Under the pieces are notes generated by a model. That model made no database searches, was not told the DNA's origin, and saw nothing but the letters and a program-made list of their open reading frames with translations. Below, in pieces: positions 9,997 to 17,933 of a stretch of DNA of 64,000 nt (the first letter of the stretch is position 1; every line of letters starts with the position of its first letter). This DNA is from Candidatus Woesearchaeota archaeon (GTDB lineage: Archaea > Nanobdellota > Nanobdellia > Pacearchaeales > GW2011-AR1). The DNA lies in NCBI GenBank assembly GCA_964530955.1, contig CAZHCL010000003.1:1153-65152 (forward strand), written 5' to 3'. The translations under genes were made by a program, and so were the position numbers.

Positions 9997-10958
9997 GCAT
10001 ATAAATCATCAAGACCACTTCTAATACCTCTTTCTGGCTTCCATCCTAAAACTCTTTCTGCTTTGGAAACATTGCAATAAAATACTTTTTGATCCGCCTC
10101 CCTCCAAGGACCAAAAGAGGGTTTTATTTGCCACATGTCGCATAATTCTAATAAAGAAGTGGTATTCTCATAACCTCCCCCTACATTAAATACTTCTCCC
10201 TTAATGTCTGGCGTACCTGAAAGCAAAGCTTTTCCTTCCATTTCAAGTAATCTTACAACATCATCTGCATGAACAGCATCTCTTATTTGCTTTCCATCGC
10301 CATAAATAGTAACCGGCTTTCCAAGCACTTTGTTAATTGCAAAATAAGACATCCAACCTTGGTCCATTATTCCATGTTGATGTCTTCCATACATACATGA
10401 ACATCTATTAACAACTCCTCCAAATTCTCTTACATAAATATCGCCGACAAGTTTTGAACATCCATAAGGTGTGTGATGTTTTGCATCAATTGGAAACTCT
10501 TCAGAAATACCTTTTTCTTTTAAGGCTCCATCAAAATCATATCTTTTATCAAGCTCTCTTAAAGGAACTTTGTTCACATTGTCTCCAAATACTTTATTTG
10601 TCGAAGTATATACTACTGGCGCCCCCACATCTCTGGCCGCAAGTGCAACGTCAAAAGTGCCTACTCCATTTATCATAAAGTCTCTTTTTGGACTCTCTAA
10701 ACTAGAAGTCACGGCAACTTGTGCTGCAAAATGATAAACTATCTCTGGTTTGACTCTATGTATTAGAGAAGGCAAGTCTTCTATTTCAACAGCAGAGAAC
10801 TCAAAGGAAGGATATTGCGACATAATAGATTTTAAATTTAACTCAGAACCTTTCCTAGATAATGAATCGGCTCCAATAACTTGGTGTCCTTTTCCAAGTA
10901 AATGCAAAGTTAAATTAGTTCCAACAAATCCACATGCACCAGTAATCAATGCTTTCAT
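9963..10958 (-). CDS. NAD-dependent nucleotide-sugar epimerase/dehydratase (extended SDR; CDP-paratose-2-epimerase-like)
   Basis: MKALITGACGFVGTNL (GxxGxxG) and HTPYGCSKLVGD (YxxxK). The start was moved from 11048 to the ATG at 10958 because a TATA-like box (revcomp TTTAAAAG, 10981-10988) lies 22 nt upstream. The extension would also overlap the upstream gene. Confidence 0.8.
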   Translation of the reverse strand: MKALITGACGFVGTNLTLHLLGKGHQVIGADSLSRKGSELNLKSIMSQYPSFEFSAVEIEDLPSLIHRVKPEIVYHFAAQVAVTSSLESPKRDFMINGVGTFDVALAARDVGAPVVYTSTNKVFGDNVNKVPLRELDKRYDFDGALKEKGISEEFPIDAKHHTPYGCSKLVGDIYVREFGGVVNRCSCMYGRHQHGIMDQGWMSYFAINKVLGKPVTIYGDGKQIRDAVHADDVVRLLEMEGKALLSGTPDIKGEVFNVGGGYENTTSLLELCDMWQIKPSFGPWREADQKVFYCNVSKAERVLGWKPERGIRSGLDDLYAWTEKTLTKKE

Positions 10959-11019
10959 ATCATGACTGTAAAAAGAGGTACTTTTAAACTTTATTGTAAT
11001 GATAAAATACAATAATCTC

Positions 11020-11757
11020 TTATCTGACCTTCTTAGCCAGAACGACAAAATCAGAGGCTAAACGAGTATAACTTGAAAGTATTCTGTCCAGTTGCCAGAG
11101 AGATTTTGGCAAACCTTCTTGATAAATAGCTCCCCTAATCTTTATTATTTTAAATCCATTCATTTCCAAAATATCTTTCAGTCCGTCAGGAGTAAATACC
11201 CTTACATGCCCCACTGGATTTGGCTCTTTTTTAAGTCTTTTTAATGGACCTGAGCCGATTAGCTTTGACTTTGTTGAAAGCTCAACATAAAGTGGCTGGA
11301 CTCCCAAGGGAACAAGTATTCTATTGAACCAGGCAAGAAGATTAGGAGTTGACAAAATAAGATATCCTCCATCCTTAAGTATTCTATTTGTTTCGCTAAG
11401 AAATAAATCTGTGTTGTATAAATGCTCGAGTATTTCAGCAGCATATGCAATATCGAAAGATTTTGACTTTATTTTTATACCTTCTTCAAAGTTACCCTGT
11501 TGAACGTCAAAACCTCTTTTTCTTGCCTCCGCAACTTCGCTCTTTGAATAATCAAGACCTTTCAGCTTGAGACTTGGCAGTTTATTCTTTACAATATTAA
11601 GAAAATCTCCGTTCCCAGAACCTAAATCAATGAAAGATTTTTTGTCATGTGAAACAGAAGAGATAAAATTTAATGATTTAATTTCTCTATCCAGAAGCAT
11701 AGCCTTCTTACCTCTGTTCTTATTCCAATGGCCATAATGATCTATTATCTTAACCAT
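11020..11757 (-). CDS. Class I SAM-dependent methyltransferase
   Basis: FIDLGSGNGDFL (motif I) and AEILEHLYNTDLFLSETNRILKDGGYLILSTPN (Methyltransf_11-like). Confidence 0.75.
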   Translation of the reverse strand: MVKIIDHYGHWNKNRGKKAMLLDREIKSLNFISSVSHDKKSFIDLGSGNGDFLNIVKNKLPSLKLKGLDYSKSEVAEARKRGFDVQQGNFEEGIKIKSKSFDIAYAAEILEHLYNTDLFLSETNRILKDGGYLILSTPNLLAWFNRILVPLGVQPLYVELSTKSKLIGSGPLKRLKKEPNPVGHVRVFTPDGLKDILEMNGFKIIKIRGAIYQEGLPKSLWQLDRILSSYTRLASDFVVLAKKVR

Positions 11758-11758
11758 T

Positions 11759-13267
11759 TTATTTTACTTGATATATTATTAAGATAGGCTGCGTTTTTGC
11801 AGCGTCTGCGAAATAAGCCTGCACAGGCTGTATGGTGGCTGAGTTGTTCTGCAGCCAGCCAGTAATCCAGGGAGGGTTCCTTTCAAAAGCAGATATTTCA
11901 ATAAACTTTGGTTTGCTTGATTTTACAAAATCATTAAACACAGATTCATTGCCGTAAAATGTATCATTATTATAATTAACAACCTTTCTTTCTGCATAGT
12001 AAGTCATCTCAGTATAGGAGCTAGATATAATCAAATCACTTGGCAAAGAGTTGCCCTTAATCCACAATGCGGCAGATTTAACCTGCGAATATGTGTCTTT
12101 CTTTATTTTTATTAGTCCATCAGCATGAACTAATTGACTATAGCCGATAAAAACAAGTAAACCTATCATTACTATCATAGCGAAAACCTTGCTATTCTTT
12201 GCTATGAAATTCTTTATAAGGATTATCGCATTGCCTGCCATGAAAAATATGAACGGCATCCAGAGGAATACCCATCTATCTTCAGTGCCCCTTATATAGA
12301 ATATATAGAAAGCAGAAGTTATTACTAGTACTATAAGGGAGAAAATTCCAGGGTCAAATGCCCTCTCTTTTTCTTTAACCAAAACATCTGCATATATGAA
12401 GAATTTTAGAGACATCAGTAAACCAATCAGGAATAGAACAAAAAAGGCATTTTCTGTCAGAGAGTAAAAGAATCCAAGGTTATACCATCCGAAAGGAGTA
12501 GGAGTCCCTACTGCACTTGAATATCCTGACCTAAAAGCAAGAGGGTCTCCAAAAGTCGCGTATGCCCAGATGAAATAAGGTATAAGTGTAGCTAAAAATG
12601 CTATTGCAAAATAATAATTGCCTTTTTTCTTGAATGCGCTCGCTCTTTCCTTGATAAGAATAAATATCATAAAAGACAATGGAACAAGCAAAGCAGATAC
12701 TTTGAAGTAGAAAGCTACTGCTGAGAAAATTCCAGCCAATATAGCTGATTTGGTACGGTTATTCTTCCAGAACCTCCACATGAAGAGTATTGAAAGAACC
12801 TGAAAGAGCATTGAAAATGAGTCTGGCTGTACTCTTTCAGTCCAGAATAAAAATGTCCATGAGACAGCAGCAAAGAAAGAAGCAATGAGCCCTATATTTT
12901 GGTTATACATCTCTTTTCCCAAAAAGTAAACAACTAAAACTATCGCTGCAGAAGGAAGCAAAACAAATGCAAATCTGATAAAGTTTTCTCCAAGCCCAAT
13001 CATTAAAGACAAAGCGGCAAGGAATTGAAACAAAGGGGGTCTTTGCGGATTTAAATCATAAGGCACATTCATTGCCCAATGAGTTGCAGTAGACATGTAC
13101 TCAGCCTCATCCCACCATAGTGTCTGCCCCTGAGTAATAGAAAAGTAATACAGCCTTACTCCTAACGCAAAAACAAGTATAAGAATTAGAAGAATATTAT
13201 ATGGATTCTTTAACCATATCTTTATCTTTTCGCTTCTTTTTTTAGCTTCTTTTATGGATTCATCCAT
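11759..13267 (-). CDS. GT-C glycosyltransferase, ArnT/PMT (GT39/GT83)-like
   Basis: 502-aa polytopic protein. LWWDEAEYM in the first loop matches the DE motif of the PMT/ArnT family. It has a C-terminal soluble domain. Confidence 0.65.
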   Translation of the reverse strand: MDESIKEAKKRSEKIKIWLKNPYNILLILILVFALGVRLYYFSITQGQTLWWDEAEYMSTATHWAMNVPYDLNPQRPPLFQFLAALSLMIGLGENFIRFAFVLLPSAAIVLVVYFLGKEMYNQNIGLIASFFAAVSWTFLFWTERVQPDSFSMLFQVLSILFMWRFWKNNRTKSAILAGIFSAVAFYFKVSALLVPLSFMIFILIKERASAFKKKGNYYFAIAFLATLIPYFIWAYATFGDPLAFRSGYSSAVGTPTPFGWYNLGFFYSLTENAFFVLFLIGLLMSLKFFIYADVLVKEKERAFDPGIFSLIVLVITSAFYIFYIRGTEDRWVFLWMPFIFFMAGNAIILIKNFIAKNSKVFAMIVMIGLLVFIGYSQLVHADGLIKIKKDTYSQVKSAALWIKGNSLPSDLIISSSYTEMTYYAERKVVNYNNDTFYGNESVFNDFVKSSKPKFIEISAFERNPPWITGWLQNNSATIQPVQAYFADAAKTQPILIIYQVK

Positions 13268-13273
13268 CGGATA

Positions 13274-14293
13274 TTAGTGCAAATAAGGCTTTTTATTTGT
13301 TTTTATAGGGAGTTTTTCAATTATATCTAGAACTTGCTGAGAAGATATGCTCTTCACAAGTTCTTCATCAAACTCATTCATTTTTTGAGGGAAAAATCTT
13401 TCAAGCATTGGGGAAACTATTTTTTTAACAAGATTATAAGACTCAACTTCCCAGGGAGAAGTGCAAAAGAAAAGAGCTACCGTCTGCTTTTTCAGCCCGA
13501 CAGAAACATGAAGCGCAAAACTATCAGAACAAACCATTATATCACATAACGAAACAAGAGCAGCGAATTCAGATTTAGTATTTGATGCATTGTTCCTGAA
13601 TATCTTTATCTTTTCTTTTTCAAGTTTCTTAGCCAAAACACCATGCTTTTCAGCTTCGTTTGGGCCTCCAAATAAGAGTATATTAAATCCTTTTTTAGAA
13701 GCTTTTTTAACAAACTCAAAAACTTCTTCCTCTGCCCAAACTTTGGAAGGCCACCTGCTAGATGCGCCTATGTGAATTCCAATAATTTTACTATCTGGTA
13801 AATTGTTCTTTTTCTTATAATCAGAAGCATAATCTAAGTCTTTCTTTGAAAGTTTTATCTCATAGCCTTCCTCGTTATAATCAAGCTCAGCAGCCTCAAA
13901 CATCATTTCCTGATAAGTTTTACGATTACTCTTTTTTAGTTCATCATCAAATGTAGTATTCAAATAATATTCAGCTCCAGCATTGAACGCAGCAGCGTAT
14001 CCTCCTTCAGAGTAAAATCCATATTTTTTATCTGCTTCTATCTTTGATGCGAGTTCAGTTGCTTCATCCTCCAAATCAAAGTTGTACAGCAAATCAAACT
14101 TATCCTTATTATTATAAGGCAAAGAGATGACTTCTGACAAATAATCTGCTTTACCCATTATCTCAGCAATATCTCCCCTAGTTATCCAGGTTATTTCGCT
14201 TTCAGGATATTTCGCTTTCAGAGCCTTAGCTATAGGCAATGTCCTTAAAACATCCCCGTCAGCTCCAAGTTTGATTATGACTATTTTCTTCAC
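13274..14293 (-). CDS. GT9 family glycosyltransferase (heptosyltransferase-like)
   Basis: The GTG-initiated N-terminus KKIVIIKLGADGDVLRTLPIAKALKAKYPESEITWIT matches the GT9 signature (L.A.GD....P...LK..P...I). The C-terminal half has GGPNE...LVSLCDIMVCSDS.ALHV. Confidence 0.7.
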   Translation of the reverse strand: MKKIVIIKLGADGDVLRTLPIAKALKAKYPESEITWITRGDIAEIMGKADYLSEVISLPYNNKDKFDLLYNFDLEDEATELASKIEADKKYGFYSEGGYAAAFNAGAEYYLNTTFDDELKKSNRKTYQEMMFEAAELDYNEEGYEIKLSKKDLDYASDYKKKNNLPDSKIIGIHIGASSRWPSKVWAEEEVFEFVKKASKKGFNILLFGGPNEAEKHGVLAKKLEKEKIKIFRNNASNTKSEFAALVSLCDIMVCSDSFALHVSVGLKKQTVALFFCTSPWEVESYNLVKKIVSPMLERFFPQKMNEFDEELVKSISSQQVLDIIEKLPIKTNKKPYLH

Positions 14294-14370
14294 AATCAGA
14301 TGACTTAACTTATTCTTTTAAGCTTAACTGATATACAAAAACTTATAATGTTGAGTAATTTTCAAAGAAT

Positions 14371-14784
14371 ATGAAAATATACATCGCAGGCAAGCTTAGG
14401 GATGATTCAGAAAGAGAATTTCTTGAAAAGATAGACCTATTGTGCAAGTCCCTAGGTTTTAAGACATTTCTTCCTCATAGGGATGTAGGATTAGCAAATG
14501 GAATTGAAGATGTAGACAGAATATTCAAAGGAGATATTATTGATGGATTTAAAGATATAGACCTATTAATTGCTATTCTTGATGGCCTGCACGTTGGAGC
14601 AGGGACTTCCTGGGAGATGGGTTATGCATATGCAAAAAAAATACCCGTAATTGGAATAAAGACAGACGAGCCAGTTTCAGAAGCTCTAGAATACCTAAGT
14701 GCAATTCTTATTGGTTCGGCAGAAATTGTTTCATCACTAGAAGAATTAGAAATTACGCTGAAAAAGTTCAAATCAGGTAAATAA
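14371..14784 (+). CDS. Nucleoside 2-deoxyribosyltransferase-like protein
   Basis: 137 aa. MKIYIAGKL, FLPHRD and GTSWEMGYAYAKKIPVIG match the family pattern (D.GT.fE.GyA.a..KPv). Confidence 0.6.
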   Translation: MKIYIAGKLRDDSEREFLEKIDLLCKSLGFKTFLPHRDVGLANGIEDVDRIFKGDIIDGFKDIDLLIAILDGLHVGAGTSWEMGYAYAKKIPVIGIKTDEPVSEALEYLSAILIGSAEIVSSLEELEITLKKFKSGK

Positions 14785-14786
14785 AA

Positions 14787-15692
14787 TCAATCAAGAGTGT
14801 TTGTTGATTTTATTTCTACTTCGCGCCACCCATCATTATATTTATCACTTTTCTTCATATCTTTGAATGCTTTAAAATAAATGTAAAGTCTGGCAAAGTA
14901 TGCTTCTATTGTCCAGGCAAATTCTTTTAAGCTTTTTGGATAAGTCAAAGAAAATAATGCTCCTTCTTTTATTTCATTGAAGAGAGATTTAGTTCTGGGC
15001 ATATCGGGAGCTATTTTGCTCAGGTTCTCATGAGCTTTAATGTTTCTTACTTTTTGATTTACAAAATCAGTCCAGTTTCCAGGATTTTTTACATAGACTT
15101 CTGCCTTATCAGCGTAGGATATTTTGTATCCCTTTTTCCAGAAAAGATATGGAATAATACTATCTTCACTTGTTTCAAGAGGAAAGTCATAGATTACCGC
15201 CTTTCTTATAGCGAATAAATATCCAGAGCATTCAAAAAATTTCTTTTGATCAGACAATTTCTTTCTTACTCTATCTATGCCCGAAAAGAATAGATTAGCC
15301 CAATATCCGTATTTGCTCTCTCTGGTGTCAATTGAGACAGGTTTTCCAGTAACACATCCTATTTCAGGGTCATTGAATTTTTTCGTTATCTCAGCAACAG
15401 AATATTCAGAGACGTAAACATCTCCATCACTGAGTATAAAAATATCATCTTTGTTTGATGAGCCATATTCTTGGAACAAAAGATTAAGTGCATAGCTCTT
15501 GCCCTCTCCAGGGTCAGGGAAAAACCTTACTTTCTTGCTTTTTACTTTCTCATTTATAAATTCCTCAACTTCAGGAAAAGGGTCTACAACAATTATCTCA
15601 TAATCATCTATTATCTTCTGTTTAAGGAAAGAGTTTATTGCCCTTAATGTTGCATTTGGCTCCTTGTAAGAAGTAATAATTATATGAATCAT
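14787..15692 (-). CDS. GT2 family glycosyltransferase
   Basis: MIHIIITSYKEPNATLRAINSFLKQ, YEIIVVDP and ILSDGDVYV (DxD). Confidence 0.7.
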   Translation of the reverse strand: MIHIIITSYKEPNATLRAINSFLKQKIIDDYEIIVVDPFPEVEEFINEKVKSKKVRFFPDPGEGKSYALNLLFQEYGSSNKDDIFILSDGDVYVSEYSVAEITKKFNDPEIGCVTGKPVSIDTRESKYGYWANLFFSGIDRVRKKLSDQKKFFECSGYLFAIRKAVIYDFPLETSEDSIIPYLFWKKGYKISYADKAEVYVKNPGNWTDFVNQKVRNIKAHENLSKIAPDMPRTKSLFNEIKEGALFSLTYPKSLKEFAWTIEAYFARLYIYFKAFKDMKKSDKYNDGWREVEIKSTNTLD

Positions 15693-15886
15693 TAAATTGC
15701 CTCAAAAGGATAGTCTTCCGGCCTGATTAAAATAATCTTTTCTCCCTCAGAGGGTTTAGCAACTATCCTGCATTTACTTTTGCCCTGCTTTCCTATGTCT
15801 GATTTTTCAATAGCTTCAATTAGACATGTCTGGCCAGCGACTTTTATCTTATCTCCAACCTTAAGGTCTTTTGCCTGCTTCTTCAT
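15692..15886 (-). CDS. aIF5A/eIF5A N-terminal (SH3-like) domain-only mini-protein
   Basis: 64 aa from the internal ATG at 15886. LKVGDKIKVAGQTCLIEAIEKSDIGKQGKSKCRIVA parallels the aIF5A N-domain, including a GK.G loop at the hypusine-lysine position. No C-terminal OB domain. A TATA box sits 21 nt upstream of this ATG. Confidence 0.5.
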   Translation of the reverse strand: MKKQAKDLKVGDKIKVAGQTCLIEAIEKSDIGKQGKSKCRIVAKPSEGEKIILIRPEDYPFEAI

Positions 15887-15907
15887 ATTAAAAACTGCCA
15901 AGCTAAA

Positions 15908-15915
15908 TTTATAAA
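15908..15915. promoter_or_regulatory. Palindromic TATA box TTTATAAA shared by the divergent aIF5A-like/GT2 operon and queC
   Basis: 21 nt to the minus-strand ATG at 15886 and 20 nt to the plus-strand ATG at 15936. Confidence 0.55.
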
Positions 15916-15935
15916 CATTATTAATATTTATAATC

Positions 15936-16658
15936 ATGAGGAAAGCAATAATTCTATGTTCGGGGGGGTTGGATAGTGTAACAACAGCATATCATGTAAA
16001 AAACAGCCTTTCCTATAATTCTTTGATGATTTTATTTTTTAATTACAATCAAAAATCAATAAAAAGGGAAAGAGAGTTATCAAGAAAAACAGCAAGTAAG
16101 TTAAAAGCCAAATTCATGGAAATAAAACTGCCAGAACTTTCTAATATTTCAAATTCTCTCATCAATAAAAAGGGAAAAGTTGCAAAACTAAGTCTAAATG
16201 ACTTAAAAGATACAAAAAGTGAAAGCAGCAAGTGGTACGTTCCCCAAAGGAACCTTACTTTCATAACTTATGCTCTTGCTATGGCTGATTCTTTGTTTAT
16301 AAAAAATAAGGAAAAAAGCGACGTATTTTTAGGATTCAAGTGTGAAGGCTCTGATTCTTATCCAGATACAACAAAGGAATTTTTATCAGCAGTTAATGCT
16401 CTGTCAAAAGTTTCATCGGTTTCACAGGCAAAAATTATCGCTCCATTAATCGATAAAGATAAGGAAGACATAATTTTATTAGGAAAAAAGCTGGGAATCA
16501 ATTTTAAAGACACATTCAGTTGTTACACCGGAAAAAATACTCATTGTGGTCAGTGCTTAGCCTGCAGATTGAGGCAGGAAGGATTTTATTGGGCAAATAT
16601 TAGAGACCCAACAGAATATAAGAAAAAAATGAAAGATTTTAGAACATCTAAAGATTAG
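15936..16658 (+). CDS. queC: 7-cyano-7-deazaguanine synthase QueC
   Basis: ILCSGGLDSVTTAY (SGGxDS PP-loop) and the C-terminal Zn-cysteine cluster CYTGKNTHCGQCLACRLR. Confidence 0.85.
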   Translation: MRKAIILCSGGLDSVTTAYHVKNSLSYNSLMILFFNYNQKSIKRERELSRKTASKLKAKFMEIKLPELSNISNSLINKKGKVAKLSLNDLKDTKSESSKWYVPQRNLTFITYALAMADSLFIKNKEKSDVFLGFKCEGSDSYPDTTKEFLSAVNALSKVSSVSQAKIIAPLIDKDKEDIILLGKKLGINFKDTFSCYTGKNTHCGQCLACRLRQEGFYWANIRDPTEYKKKMKDFRTSKD

Positions 16659-17418
16659 CAAGCTCTTCTATCTTAACAAACTTATTCTTCTTTATATTAT
16701 TTCTAATCAAATAATCAAGATTTTCTATAAATCTATTATGTGAAAAGTTTTTTTCTACGCTGCTTTCCTTCATCTCTATAAAATCCCATGAATGCGCATA
16801 AAATATTGCTTCTTTAAATAATATTTTTAATGCATTTACATATGCGCTTTGCAAAAATTTAGGCAATACTCTTACAAATAATGAAACAAAAGGAACTAGC
16901 AAAGAAGTAGGCGGGATTTCAATTAAACCATTTGTTCTGTGTTTCCGGGGGTTTGAAAAGAAACCAGAGAAATTCCTCGTTATCCTTGTGGGAAAGAAAA
17001 CAAACTGCATAGCATTTAATGGAGTCTTTGATGAATCGTATTTGAATCCATATTTCCCTAAAAGAGAAAGGGCATCATCATCTATAGAATGTTGGGGTGC
17101 CCTGAATCCAGAAGGTTTCATTTTCAAAATTTTTTTAAAGCAAGAAATTGACTTTTTAATCTGCTCTTCTTTTTCATGAATAGAAAGGTCATCAAACCTT
17201 TCGTGCCTGTAAGCATGAAGTGAGATTTCATGGCCTTCTTTAACTAGTTTCTGAAATATTTTAGGGTATTTTTCAATGCAATCACATGTGACAAAGAAAG
17301 TCCCTTTTATTTTATATCTATCAAGTATTTTTACTATGGAAGGTATCCCCTCAGTTATTCCATAATATCCTTCAGTATGCAAGTCAGGTTCTATATCGAA
17401 TGAAAGAGATATTTTCAT
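16648..17418 (-). CDS. Polysaccharide deacetylase (CE4 family)
   Basis: LSFDIEPD (TFDD-like motif 1) and KGTFFVT...GHEISLHAYRHE (H-x4-H metal motif). ATGA-type overlap with cysC upstream. Confidence 0.75.
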   Translation of the reverse strand: MKISLSFDIEPDLHTEGYYGITEGIPSIVKILDRYKIKGTFFVTCDCIEKYPKIFQKLVKEGHEISLHAYRHERFDDLSIHEKEEQIKKSISCFKKILKMKPSGFRAPQHSIDDDALSLLGKYGFKYDSSKTPLNAMQFVFFPTRITRNFSGFFSNPRKHRTNGLIEIPPTSLLVPFVSLFVRVLPKFLQSAYVNALKILFKEAIFYAHSWDFIEMKESSVEKNFSHNRFIENLDYLIRNNIKKNKFVKIEELANL

Positions 17419-17933
17419 TTTACTTTTATAAATTTAAGTATCTGTTCTGCGCAGCTTTGAGGTTTTTTATTTACTACATCTAGTTTTATTTCGGGTTTAT
17501 CAGGAATTTCATAAGGATGGTGTAACCCAATAAAATTCTTTAACTCTCCAATTTCAGCTTTTTTATAAAGTCCTTTAACATCTCTCCTTTTACATTCTTC
17601 ATATGGGCAGTCTAAATAAACCTCAATAAAATCTTTCTTAAAAAATGTACGAGCATTTTCTCTGGATATTTTAAATGGGGAAATCACTGGAACAAGTATA
17701 AAATCAACTTTACCATAGTCATTTTTACATAGTTCAAGTATCAATCTATTATTCTCAAGAATATCTTCCCTCGAAAAACCCAAATGCTTATGTAATCTTT
17801 CTCTGACATCATCCCCGTCAAGAACTTCAAATGAAAGTCCATTATTCTTAAACCTTTCAACAAGAATAGTAGCAATAGTTGATTTTCCGCTTCCAGAAAG
17901 ACCTGTAAACCAGATTATTTTTGTTTTTTTCAT
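17415..17933 (-). CDS. cysC: Adenylylsulfate (APS) kinase
   Basis: 172 aa. IWFTGLSGSGKSTIA P-loop plus LDGDDVR, typical of CysC. Confidence 0.88.
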   Translation of the reverse strand: MKKTKIIWFTGLSGSGKSTIATILVERFKNNGLSFEVLDGDDVRERLHKHLGFSREDILENNRLILELCKNDYGKVDFILVPVISPFKISRENARTFFKKDFIEVYLDCPYEECKRRDVKGLYKKAEIGELKNFIGLHHPYEIPDKPEIKLDVVNKKPQSCAEQILKFIKVK

